DNA of 64,000 nt, from positions 357,966-421,965 of the forward strand of contig CAWKPA010000010.1 of NCBI GenBank assembly GCA_963851365.1, written 5' to 3'. Source of the DNA: an uncultured delta proteobacterium. Its GTDB lineage: Bacteria > Desulfobacterota > Binatia > DP-6. Made by a program: the position numbers and the translations under genes. Below the pieces are notes generated by a model. That model ran no database searches. It was not told where the DNA came from and was given only the letters and a program-made list of their open reading frames with translations. How positions within the stretch are numbered: position 1 is the first letter of the stretch; each line of letters opens with the position of its first letter. Positions 31,696-42,567 of the stretch are shown here, piece after piece.

Positions 31696-32628
31696 TCATC
31701 GCGGCCCACGGCCGCCGGCAGCCTGCCGGTCGACCCGCGCCACGAACTCCGCGGCGCTGTCGCGGCCCCGCCACCGCAGCAGCTGATTGCGGGCGGCCGT
31801 CTCGATCAGCAGCCCGAGGTTGCGTCCAGCGGTGACCGGGATGCGCACCAGCGGCAACGACACATCGAGCAGCCTGTACGTCTCGTGGTCCAGCCCCAGG
31901 CGATCCGACTCCTCGCCCCAGTCGGTGAGCTCGACGACCAGGTCGATCTGTCGCTCCTCCATGGTCGACAAGGTGCCGAACAGGGCGCCGACGTCCACCA
32001 CGCCCAGCCCGCGGATTTCGAGGTGGTGCGCCAGCAGCTCGGCCGTGCGCCCCCGGAGCTCCGTCGGCGAGATGCGCCGGACGAGCACCGCGTCGTCGGC
32101 CACGAAGCGGTGTCCACGCGCGACCAGTTCCAGCGCGGTCTCGCTCTTGCCGATGCCGCTGCTCCCGACGATGAGCACGCCGAGCCCGTGCACTTCGACA
32201 AGCCCGCCGTGCAGCGTGTGCTCCGGCGCCAACCGCTCCTCGAGCCAGTTGGTCGCCACCCGGATGAAGTCGCCGGTGGCCGCCCGGGTGCCGAGCACTG
32301 CGACTCCCGCGGCCTCCGCCGCCTCCACCAGGACGGCCGGCGGCGGCGTCCCGTTGGTGACGACGAAGCAGGCCACGCCCGCCGCCGCCACCGTGCCCGC
32401 GGCGCGCCGCGCGTCGTCTTCGGGGAGACTGGCAAGATAGCCCGCTTCGGGGTTCCCGAGCACCTGCACGCGATCGGGGTGCAGTTGCGGCAGGTACCCC
32501 GCCAGCGCCAGCCCGGGCTGCTGCAGGCGCGGACTGGTGATGAGCCGCGCCAGTCCGCGAGCGCCCGCGACCAGCTCGAGGGACACGCCGAGCGTGCGCG
32601 CCTCGAGCAGCTCGCGGACCGACACCAT
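31696..32628 (-). CDS. hprK: HPr kinase/phosphorylase
   Basis: GLGVLIVGSSGIGKSETALELV P-loop and an HprK C-terminal domain. The start overlaps the ptsN stop. Confidence 0.85.
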   Translation of the reverse strand: MVSVRELLEARTLGVSLELVAGARGLARLITSPRLQQPGLALAGYLPQLHPDRVQVLGNPEAGYLASLPEDDARRAAGTVAAAGVACFVVTNGTPPPAVLVEAAEAAGVAVLGTRAATGDFIRVATNWLEERLAPEHTLHGGLVEVHGLGVLIVGSSGIGKSETALELVARGHRFVADDAVLVRRISPTELRGRTAELLAHHLEIRGLGVVDVGALFGTLSTMEERQIDLVVELTDWGEESDRLGLDHETYRLLDVSLPLVRIPVTAGRNLGLLIETAARNQLLRWRGRDSAAEFVARVDRQAAGGRGPR

Positions 32629-33089
32629 CAGTACCGCGCGTCCTCGTTGCGGATGATCTCGTACAAGGCGGCCGCATCGGGCGCGTCGAGTAGCCGCTGG
32701 CGGAAGCTCGCGTCCTTCAGGAGGCGCGAAATGCGCGCGAGGGCCTTCAGGTGCGCACCCGCAGAATCTTCGGGCGCAACCAGCAGGAAGAAGAGGTTCG
32801 TCGGTCCACCGTCGAGCGAGTGGAAGTCGACCCCCTGGCGGCTGCGCGCGAAGGCCGCGAACACCCGCTTGATCCCGGGCAACTTGCCGTGCGGAATCGC
32901 AACGCCGTCACCCAGCGCGGTACTGTTCAACCGCTCCCGGTCCTCCAGGGCCTGCACCAGCCGCTCGCGCTCCAGCTCCGGGTGCACCGCCGACACCGCG
33001 GTCGCCAGCTCGAGCAGGACGTCGGTCTTGCTCCGCGCGGCGAGGTCCGGCAGCACGAGTTCCTCGGAGAGAATGTCCTCGATCTTCAT
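32628..33089 (-). CDS. ptsN: PTS IIA-like nitrogen regulatory protein PtsN (EIIA-Ntr)
   Basis: LGDGVAIPHGKL has the EIIA-Ntr His motif. 153 aa. Immediately downstream of hpf/rpoN. Confidence 0.85.
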   Translation of the reverse strand: MKIEDILSEELVLPDLAARSKTDVLLELATAVSAVHPELERERLVQALEDRERLNSTALGDGVAIPHGKLPGIKRVFAAFARSRQGVDFHSLDGGPTNLFFLLVAPEDSAGAHLKALARISRLLKDASFRQRLLDAPDAAALYEIIRNEDARY

Positions 33090-33625
33090 ACCGGCCGCCC
33101 CGGGCGTGCGGCCACCCGCAGCAGACCCACCCGCCCGTCCTTCCGCCGATACACGACCGCCAGCCCCCGATCGTCCGGGTCGGTGAACACGACCACCTCG
33201 TCGGCCGACCGCTCGAGCCGCGCCACGGCGTCGTCGATCGACATGAGGCGTGGCGATACGCGCCGGGTCTGCACCTGCGGCGACGCCTCGAGGTCGGGCG
33301 GCGCCTCACGGGGCGCCCGCAGGGTTCCCGCGCCTTTGCGGTCGCTCCGCCGTGCCTTCAGCTTCTGCGCCTGGTGCTCGACCTTTTCGACCGCCAGGTC
33401 GATGGCCGAGTACAGGTCCTGCGTGGTCTCCTTCGCGAACAGCGGCGCGTGGTCGGCCTGCAGCGTGATCTCGGCCACGTGCCGCTGTTTCGACACGCTC
33501 AGGATGACATGCGCGTCGCCCGGCCGCTTGAGATACTTGCGAACCATCCTGGCGACCTTGTCCTCGGCGTAGCGTCGCAGCGCCGGGGTGGGGTCGACGT
33601 GCCGGAACGTCACGGTGATCTGCAT
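33086..33625 (-). CDS. hpf: Ribosome hibernation promoting factor (long HPF/RaiA type)
   Basis: MQITVTFRHVDPTPALRRYAEDKV ... and a C-terminal dimerisation extension. Confidence 0.85.
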   Translation of the reverse strand: MQITVTFRHVDPTPALRRYAEDKVARMVRKYLKRPGDAHVILSVSKQRHVAEITLQADHAPLFAKETTQDLYSAIDLAVEKVEHQAQKLKARRSDRKGAGTLRAPREAPPDLEASPQVQTRRVSPRLMSIDDAVARLERSADEVVVFTDPDDRGLAVVYRRKDGRVGLLRVAARPGRPV

Positions 33626-33650
33626 CAGCGCCTCCCCGCGGTGAGCGGTT

Positions 33651-35129
33651 TCAATACACCTGCTTGCGCTTCGACGACGGCAGAATGCCCATCTGCTCGC
33701 GATACTTCGCCACCGTGCGGCGTGCGATGTCGACCTGCTCCTTGGCGAGCACCTCGGCGATGTACTGGTCGCTCAACGGCTTGCGGCCGTCTTCCTCGGC
33801 GATGATGTGCTTGATCCGTTCCTTCACGCTCTCCGCGGACACTTCCTCGCCGTGGCCGCTCCGCAGGCTGGACGTGAAGAAGTACTTGAGCTCGAAGGTA
33901 CCTTGCGGGGTGTGCACGTACTTGCCGGCGGTGGCGCGGCTCACGGTGGACTCGTGCATGCCGATGTCGTTCGCGACGTCCTTCAGCACCAGCGGCCGCA
34001 GTTGCGACACCCCGTGCTCGAGGAAGTCCTGCTGGAACTTGGCGATGCTCGACGTGACCATGTACAGCGTCCGCTGCCGCTGATGGATGGACTTGATGAG
34101 CCAGGCGGCGGCTCGCATCTTCTCCTGGATGTAACCCCGGGCCTCCGGCGAACCGTTGTGCCCGAGCATCTGGCGGTAGAAGGGCGACACGCGCAGCCTG
34201 GGCATGCCGTCCTCGTTCAGCGTCACGACGAATTCGTCTCCCACCTTCTGGATGAACACGTCGGGCGTCACGTAGCGGGTCTCGCCGTCCCCGTAGTCGC
34301 GGGCGGGCTTGGGCTCGAGCACGGAGATGACTTTCGCCGCGGCGGCGACCTCCTCGAGCGGCACGCCGAGGTCTTTCGCGAGCCGATCGAAGCGCCGGTT
34401 CTCGAGCAACAGCAGGTGGTCACGCACGATGCGGATCGGGAGCGCGTCGTCCGCGAACCCGAGCTGGCGCAGCTGGATGATCAGGCATTCGGGAAGATCG
34501 CGCGCGGCCACGCCCGGCGGATCGAAGTCCTGGAGGCGCCGCAGCACGCGGTCGACCACCTCGGTGTGCGGCCACACGTCGGCCAGGAACGCGATCTCCT
34601 CCGTGGAGAGCGTGAGATAGCCGTCGGCGTCGAGGCTGCCGATGATCAGCGCTCCGAGCTCCTTCTCCTCGACGGACAGATCGGAAAGGCGCAGCTGCCA
34701 GACGAGGTGGTCCGACAGACGCGTCCCGCGCTCCATGGTGTTCTCGAGTGCGGGGCGCCGGTCATCGTCGTCGCCCGGCGCCGACCCACCGCCCGATCCG
34801 TGCATGTCGTTCGAGTAGTTCTCGGCGAAATCCTTCCAGTCGATCTGGTCGATCGTCGACGCCTGCGGGACGTCGTCGCCGCCGGAAGGCTCCTCGGTCC
34901 GCCACTCCTCGGCACCGGCGTCGCCGTCGACGGTGGGCACTTCGGACTCTGGCTTTTCGTCCGACGCCTGCTCTTCCAGCACCGGATTCTGGATGAGCTC
35001 CTGGTCGACCAGGGTTTCGAGTTCCGCGCGCGAGACCTGGAGGATCTTGATGGCCTGCCGCAGCTGCGGGGTCATGATCAGCTGCTGCGACATACGCAGC
35101 TGCTGGACGAGTCGGGTCTCCGCCATCAC
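33651..35129 (-). CDS. rpoN: RNA polymerase sigma-54 factor
   Basis: LRMSQQLIMTPQLRQAIKILQVS N-terminus, a C-terminal HTH, and the RpoN box ARRTVAKYRE. Confidence 0.95.
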   Translation of the reverse strand: MMAETRLVQQLRMSQQLIMTPQLRQAIKILQVSRAELETLVDQELIQNPVLEEQASDEKPESEVPTVDGDAGAEEWRTEEPSGGDDVPQASTIDQIDWKDFAENYSNDMHGSGGGSAPGDDDDRRPALENTMERGTRLSDHLVWQLRLSDLSVEEKELGALIIGSLDADGYLTLSTEEIAFLADVWPHTEVVDRVLRRLQDFDPPGVAARDLPECLIIQLRQLGFADDALPIRIVRDHLLLLENRRFDRLAKDLGVPLEEVAAAAKVISVLEPKPARDYGDGETRYVTPDVFIQKVGDEFVVTLNEDGMPRLRVSPFYRQMLGHNGSPEARGYIQEKMRAAAWLIKSIHQRQRTLYMVTSSIAKFQQDFLEHGVSQLRPLVLKDVANDIGMHESTVSRATAGKYVHTPQGTFELKYFFTSSLRSGHGEEVSAESVKERIKHIIAEEDGRKPLSDQYIAEVLAKEQVDIARRTVAKYREQMGILPSSKRKQVY

Positions 35130-35150
35130 GCGACCGCGCGCGAACGCGTA

Positions 35151-35888
35151 CTACAGCTGGAACTCTTCACCGAGGTAGATCGCCTTCGCTTCGGGGCTCT
35201 GCGCGATGAGCTCCGGGGTGCCCTCGATGAACACCGCTCCCTCGTTGACGATGTACGCACGGTCACAGATCTTGAGCGTCTCTCGCACGTTGTGGTCGGT
35301 GATCAGCACCCCGATGCCTCGCTTCTTCAACTGCGTGACTATCTGTTGAATGTCAACCACGGCGATCGGGTCGATGCCCGCGAATGGTTCGTCCAGGAGC
35401 ATGAACGACGGGGAGGTCACGAGCGCGCGGGTGATCTCGAGCCGGCGCCGTTCGCCCCCCGACAGCTGGTGGGCCTTGCTGCGCGCCAGACGCGCAAGGC
35501 CGAGCTCGTCGAGCAGCACCGCGAGGCGCGTCCGGCGTTCTTCGGCGCCGAGCTCCAGGGTTTCGAGGATCGCGAGGATGTTCTGCTCCACCGTGAGCTT
35601 CCGGAAAATGGACGGCTCCTGCGGCAGGTAGCCGATGCCCAACCGCGCGCGCTCGTACATCGGCCGGCCCGTGATGTCCTCGCCGTTGAGGTAGACCGTC
35701 CCCGCATCCGGTTGCTGCAGTCCCACCAGCATGTGGAAACTGGTGGTCTTGCCCGCGCCGTTCGGCCCGAGGAGACCCACCACTTCCCCCGCGCGCAACT
35801 CGAAGCGAACCCCCTTCACCACCGTGCGCCCGGCGAACGACTTCGTGAGCCCGTCGGCGCGCAGGAGCGCAGCGCCGCTGCCGTTCAT
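35151..35888 (-). CDS. lptB: LPS export ABC transporter ATP-binding protein LptB
   Basis: GLLGPNGAGKTT Walker A, LSGGERRRLEI signature. Its position upstream of rpoN. Confidence 0.9.
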   Translation of the reverse strand: MNGSGAALLRADGLTKSFAGRTVVKGVRFELRAGEVVGLLGPNGAGKTTSFHMLVGLQQPDAGTVYLNGEDITGRPMYERARLGIGYLPQEPSIFRKLTVEQNILAILETLELGAEERRTRLAVLLDELGLARLARSKAHQLSGGERRRLEITRALVTSPSFMLLDEPFAGIDPIAVVDIQQIVTQLKKRGIGVLITDHNVRETLKICDRAYIVNEGAVFIEGTPELIAQSPEAKAIYLGEEFQL

Positions 35889-36559
35889 CGGGCCTGCTTC
35901 CCGGCGGCCGCGCGCGGCCCCTTCGTCCCGGGCGATTTCGCGGCGCCCGCCTGGCCGCCGGTGGGCTGCTGGTCGGGATAGAGCACCGCCTTCACACGTT
36001 GCTGCCCCCCTTCGACCACGCTTCGATCCTCGTCGAGAAAGACGACGACCCGGTCGCCCGCGACCTGGTTCGGCCCGTCGTGCAGCACCGGGTTCTCGGT
36101 CAACACCAGCGTGCGCCGCGTCTGGTCGAACACGGCGCGCCCGCCGACGGCCCAGCGCGGCCCCTGGTCGATCCGCACGTTGCCGGCGGCGACGATCTCG
36201 CGCACCCGTCCCGCGTCCTTCTTCGACCGGGACGCCGGCGCGGCTGCGGGCCGCTCGGGAGGCGTGTCGTCGGGCGCGCCGGCCGCCGGACCGGCGCGCT
36301 TCGCGTCCTCGAGCGTGATCGTCAGGAGGTCGCTGGCGATCTTGAGGTTCCCCTGTGTGACCTCGACCGTGCCGCGATACTGCACCACGTTGCCCCGGTA
36401 GTCGTACTCGAGGCTGTCGGACGTGACGGTGATCGGCTCTTTGCTGTCCCCCAGCTTGGCGAACCCGAACGGGCTGGGCTGGGGCGCCGGTCGCCCCTCC
36501 TGCGCGCGCGCCACGGCGGCGAGCGCGAGCACCGCCAGCACACTACGAACGAGCCGCAT
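35885..36559 (-). CDS. lptA: LPS transport periplasmic protein LptA (OstA-like)
   Basis: Signal peptide; an OstA N-terminal-like beta-jellyroll; between lptC and lptB. Gene symbol is inferred from position and fold. Confidence 0.7.
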   Translation of the reverse strand: MRLVRSVLAVLALAAVARAQEGRPAPQPSPFGFAKLGDSKEPITVTSDSLEYDYRGNVVQYRGTVEVTQGNLKIASDLLTITLEDAKRAGPAAGAPDDTPPERPAAAPASRSKKDAGRVREIVAAGNVRIDQGPRWAVGGRAVFDQTRRTLVLTENPVLHDGPNQVAGDRVVVFLDEDRSVVEGGQQRVKAVLYPDQQPTGGQAGAAKSPGTKGPRAAAGKQAR

Positions 36560-37133
36560 CGGATTGGATCACCGTATGGACGTCGTCGAGCAGGCGCAGG
36601 CGCTGCGGCGCGACGTCGACCTCCATGCCGACCGCACGCACGTCCATGTCGCGTCCCTTGATGTCGACCACGCCGGGCGCCGTGATGAGGTCCCGCGGAC
36701 GATCGTAGCTCGCGGCGTCGGTGTGCAATTCGAGATCGTCGAGCCACAGCACGACCGCACCCGTGAGCACGATCGAGCGGAGCTCCTCCTGGCCGGCCAG
36801 CTGCAGTCGTCCCTCGTCGCCCGTGATCCACGCCCGGAGACCGCCCTCGTCGGTGTACAGGCTCACCTTGGGCTTCCGCACCACGACCGCGTCGTCCTTG
36901 GCGAAGTACCGGGCGTCCTCGGCCTCGATCTGCCACTCCATGCGCCCGTTCCGCACCTTCACCCGGTGAAAATTCCGGATGTGCTGTTCCGCTTCGGGGA
37001 CGAATTCCTCGCCGAGTTGTTCGAGCGTGCGCGGGGCGCGGGCCGCCACGTTCCGCCACACCTGCACGGCGATGCCCGCGATGCCCACGGCTACCACCAA
37101 CAACAAACCGGCGCGCAGCCGAGCACGTCGCAT
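36543..37133 (-). CDS. lptC: LPS export system protein LptC
   Basis: Single N-terminal TM helix (LLLVVAVGIAGIAV) and a periplasmic beta domain. Conserved position. Confidence 0.65.
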   Translation of the reverse strand: MRRARLRAGLLLVVAVGIAGIAVQVWRNVAARAPRTLEQLGEEFVPEAEQHIRNFHRVKVRNGRMEWQIEAEDARYFAKDDAVVVRKPKVSLYTDEGGLRAWITGDEGRLQLAGQEELRSIVLTGAVVLWLDDLELHTDAASYDRPRDLITAPGVVDIKGRDMDVRAVGMEVDVAPQRLRLLDDVHTVIQSDAARS

Positions 37134-37134
37134 A

Positions 37135-38103
37135 TCACTCCCCGGTGGCCCGGTTACCACGGGGTCCCGGGGGAGTAAAGGTTGCCGGCGGCTGCCGCCG
37201 CCAGCGCTCGTGCCACCAGACCCACTCCGCCGGCGCACGTCGGATCGCCCCTTCGATCGCCCCGGTGAAGCGCGCCGTCAGGTCGACGATCTGCCCGGTG
37301 CCGGGGGCGCGGTCGATCGGCATGTGCTCGAACGTGATCAGATGGCCCCCTTCCGGACGCCGCCGGATGAACACGCTCACGACGGGCGCGCGCATCCGCA
37401 GCGCCAGCACGGCGGCGCCCGGCGGGGTATGGGCCGGGCGGCCGAAGAAGGGGACGAACACGCCGGCGCCCCGGCTGTCCTGGTCCATCAGGATGGCGAC
37501 GATGCGGTTCTGTCCCAGCGCCGCCCGCACCTGCGCCAGGAAGTCCGGCGCGTCGCGCAGCAGGACGTCCATGCCGCGCGCTCCGCGAAAACCACGGATC
37601 AGGGCGTCGAAGCGGTCGTCGTGCACGCGACGCGCGACCACCGACAGGCCGTACCCCCGTGCCGCGACGGTGGCCGCCAGGAGTTCCCAGTTGCCGCTGT
37701 GACCCGTGATCGCGAGCGCCCCGCGGCCAGCCGCCAGGGCGGCGTCGAGGATCTCGAAGTTCCCCTGCACGTACGAAGGATCGCGGGCGATGGTGGGCCA
37801 GAGGCCGAGCTCCGCGAAGCTCTGCCCGGCATGCTCGAAGGTGGCGCGCACGAGGCGGTCGCGCGCCGTGGCGTCGAGCTCCGGAAAGGCGACTCCCAGA
37901 TGTTCACGCGCGAGCCGGCGCGGCGTGCCGAGCACCGCGTGTGCGCCGCGCCCGAGCGCGCGGCCGACGCCGAGGGCCGCGGGCACCGGCAGGACGCCGA
38001 TGCCCCGGGCCGCGAGCCAGATGCCCCGGGCGAGGGCCGCGTTGCGGGGCCCGCGGGTGGCGCGGCGCACCCGCTTCCACAGCGAGCGCCGGCGCGGAGG
38101 CAT
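37135..38103 (-). CDS. Lysophospholipid/lipid A acyltransferase (LpxL/HtrB-like LPLAT family)
   Basis: AITGHSGNWELL (HX4D-like acyltransferase motif region). 322 aa. Sits where kdsC is found in the E. coli cluster. Confidence 0.7.
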   Translation of the reverse strand: MPPRRRSLWKRVRRATRGPRNAALARGIWLAARGIGVLPVPAALGVGRALGRGAHAVLGTPRRLAREHLGVAFPELDATARDRLVRATFEHAGQSFAELGLWPTIARDPSYVQGNFEILDAALAAGRGALAITGHSGNWELLAATVAARGYGLSVVARRVHDDRFDALIRGFRGARGMDVLLRDAPDFLAQVRAALGQNRIVAILMDQDSRGAGVFVPFFGRPAHTPPGAAVLALRMRAPVVSVFIRRRPEGGHLITFEHMPIDRAPGTGQIVDLTARFTGAIEGAIRRAPAEWVWWHERWRRQPPATFTPPGPRGNRATGE

Positions 38104-38123
38104 GCCCGACGACTCCACGCGCG

Positions 38124-39090
38124 TCACACGACGTTCGCTCGCAACAGGTCGTGCAGGTGGATGACCCCCACGGGACGGCGCGTCGCCGGCTCGAGCACCA
38201 GGAGCGCGGTGATGGCGTGTCGCTCCATGACCGCGATGGCCTGGCCGGCGAGCGCCTCCCCCGCGATCGTCTTCGGATCGCGCGTCATCAAGTCGCCGGC
38301 ACGCAGTACGCGGATGTCGGCGGCGCGCGCGAGGCCACGCCGCAGGTCGCCGTCGGTGACGACGCCCATGACGACCCCATCGGCGTCGACGACGGCCGTC
38401 ACCCCGAGGCGCTTGCCGGAGATCTCCGCGATGGTGTCCGCGAGCGAGGCGTCCACCCCGACCACCGGCACTTGCGCGCCCCGGTGCATGATGTCCTCCA
38501 CGCGCAGCAGCCGCCGGCCGAGCGACCCGCCGGGGTGCAGCACGGCGAAGTCCTCCGTCGAGAAGCCGCGCTCCTCCAGCAGCGCCACCGCCAGCGCGTC
38601 GCCGAGCGCCATCATCACGGTGGTGCTGGCCGTCGGCGCCAGCCCCAGCGGACAGGCTTCTTCCGGCACGCTGGTGTCGAGCATGACGTCGGCGGCACGG
38701 CCGAGCGTCGACCCGGGCGCACCGGTCATTGCGACGAGCGGTCCGCCCAGCCGGCGCACCAGCGGCAGCAGGCGAACCACTTCGTCGGTCTCGCCGCTGT
38801 AGGAGAGCGCGAGCACGACATCCCCGCGCATCAGCATGCCGAGGTCGCCGTGGCTGCCCTCGGCGGCGTGCAGAAAGAACGCGGGCGTGCCCGTGCTCGC
38901 CAACGTGGCGGCGATCTTGCGGCAGACGATACCGGATTTCCCGATGCCGGTGACGACGACCTTCCCCCGGCACCCCAGCAGGACGTCGACGGCGCGGTCG
39001 AACGGCGCGACCGACACGCGCCCGCAGCGCGGTCAAGCCCGCCAGCTCGAGCGTCGAGCACCCGGCGGGCGCGCTGCTGGCGTTCGGTGG
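38124..39090 (-). pseudogene. kdsD: Arabinose-5-phosphate isomerase KdsD (SIS + tandem CBS); N-terminal ~30 codons out of frame
   Basis: GKVVVTGIGKSGIVCRKIAATLASTGTPAFF SIS motif and C-terminal CBS pairs are intact from 39017. The expected N-terminal segment lies in another frame. Confidence 0.65.
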
Positions 39091-39925
39091 TCACCCGCCG
39101 GCCCCGGGGCGCACCACCCGCGCCAACGCGGCGAGCGTGTGCAAGAGGGCGGGGACGTCGTCGAGCCGCATGCTGGTGGCGCCGTCGCAGAGCGCGCGGT
39201 CCGGATCCTCGTGCACCTCCAGGAACACCGCGTCGACGCCGACCGCGACCGCGGCCCGCGCCAGGGTCGGCACGAGCGTGCGGTCTCCGCCCGACGCCGT
39301 GCCCTGCCCGCCCGGCAGCTGCACGCTGTGCGTGGCGTCGAACACGACGGGGCAGCCGACTCGCCGCGAGCACGGCGAGCGCGCGCATGTCGACGACCAG
39401 GTTGTTGTAACCGAAGCTGAAGCCGCGCTCGGTGACGAGCAGGTCGTGGATTGCCGGTCGCCGCGACCTTCTCGACCACGCGGTGCATGTCCCACGGCGC
39501 CAGGAACTGTCCCTTCTTGATGTTCACCGGCTTGCCCGCCGCGGCGACGGCGAGCGAGGAAGTCGGTCTGGCGGCAGAGGAACGCCGGGGTCTGCAGCAC
39601 GTCGACGACCTCCGCGACCGCGGCGATCTGTCCGGGCTCGTGGACGTCGGTGAGCACCGGCACGCCGATCTCGCGTCGCACCTCGGCGAGGATGCGCAGC
39701 CCCTCGTCGAGCCCGACGCCGCGGAACGCGTCGAGCGACGTCCGGTTCGCCTTGTCGAAGGACGATTTGTAGACGAACGGCATGCCCGGCCGCGCGCGCG
39801 ATCGCCGCGAGCGCGCGCGGCGTGCCGCAGCGCCGCTGTCGCGCCCCTCGATCACGCAGGGGCCCGCGATGAACGGCCAGCGGCGCGCCCGCCACCGATC
39901 GTCGAGCCGGCGCCGATCCGTGCGC
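39091..39925 (-). pseudogene. kdsA: 2-dehydro-3-deoxyphosphooctonate aldolase KdsA with multiple 1-nt frameshifts
   Basis: KdsA segments are spread over 3 frames: [14 protein letters not shown] / MPFVYKSSFDKANRTS / KKGQFLAPWDMHRVVEKV / CPVVFDATHSVQLPGG. Confidence 0.7.
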
Positions 39926-39940
39926 GTCGCCGCATGGTCA

Positions 39941-41630
<1,690 letters not shown>

Positions 41631-41636
41631 CCCCCG

Positions 41637-42428
41637 TCATGGCTCCGCGCACGGCAGCCGAGGACCGGCGCGCTCGTGCGCATCGGCCTCGAGCGCGCGG
41701 CGCGCCCGTTCCAGGTCGTCCGGCGTATCCACTTCGACCAGCGGCGCGGCGCCGTGCCACGTCACGACGCCGATCCCGATGCCGTGCTCGAGCGCGCGGA
41801 GCTGCTCGAGCGACTCGCAGCGTTCGAGCGGCGACGCGGGCAGCGCGGCCAGCCGCAGGAGGACGTCGCGCCGGTAGGCGTACACGCCCACGTGCCGCCA
41901 CCCGAACGGCTCGTCCCCCCGCCGCACCCCGTCGCGATCGAAGGGGATCGGGCTGCGGGAGAAATACAGCGCCCGGCCCGCCCCGTCGACCACCACCTTG
42001 ACCACATGCGGCGACCGCCAGGCCGCCTCGTCGGCGAGCGGGGTGGCCAGCGTCGCCATGGGCAGCGCCGGCTCGTCCACCATGCGGGCGGCCAACGCCT
42101 CGATCATCGCCGGGTCGAGCACCGGCAGGTCACCCTGCACGTTGAGGAACACGTCGCCCGGGACCTGCTCCGCCACCTCGGCCAGGCGGTCGGTCCCGCT
42201 CGGGTGGTGCGGACTCGTCAGCACCGCGTCGACGTCGAGACCCGCGACAGCGGCGCGGATGCGCTCGTCGTCGGTGGCGACGATCACCCGCGCGATACCG
42301 CGGGCCCGCCTCGTGCGCTCGGCGACGTGCCACACCATCGGCCGCCCCGCGATGATCGCCAGCGCCTTCCCGGGGAGCCGGGTCGAGCGATAGCGAGCAG
42401 GGATGATGGCGACCGTCACCGGGAGCAT
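41637..42428 (-). CDS. kdsB: 3-deoxy-manno-octulosonate cytidylyltransferase (CMP-Kdo synthetase)
   Basis: AIIPARYRSTRLPGKALAIIAGRPMVWHV N-terminus of KdsB. Intact, 263 aa. Confidence 0.9.
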   Translation of the reverse strand: MLPVTVAIIPARYRSTRLPGKALAIIAGRPMVWHVAERTRRARGIARVIVATDDERIRAAVAGLDVDAVLTSPHHPSGTDRLAEVAEQVPGDVFLNVQGDLPVLDPAMIEALAARMVDEPALPMATLATPLADEAAWRSPHVVKVVVDGAGRALYFSRSPIPFDRDGVRRGDEPFGWRHVGVYAYRRDVLLRLAALPASPLERCESLEQLRALEHGIGIGVVTWHGAAPLVEVDTPDDLERARRALEADAHERAGPRLPCAEP

Positions 42429-42525
42429 GAACGAAAAACCGTAGCGCAGTCGCGGAACCCTGGGCGGTCTTCGACCAGGTCACGGCGCGGGCGCGCCGTA
42501 TCTCCGGGACTGGCTACGGACCGCG

Positions 42526-42555
42526 ACTATAGGAGTCGCCTCGCGGGTCTGTCAA
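42526..42555 (-). promoter_or_regulatory. Candidate sigma-70 promoter for the kdsB operon (TTGACA-N18-TATAGT on the minus strand)
   Basis: Minus-strand TTGACA at 42555-42550 and TATAGT at 42531-42526, about 95 nt upstream of the kdsB start. A 6-bp hairpin (GCGACT/AGTCGC) overlaps the -10. Confidence 0.4.
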
Positions 42556-42567
42556 CGCGCGCCGCCG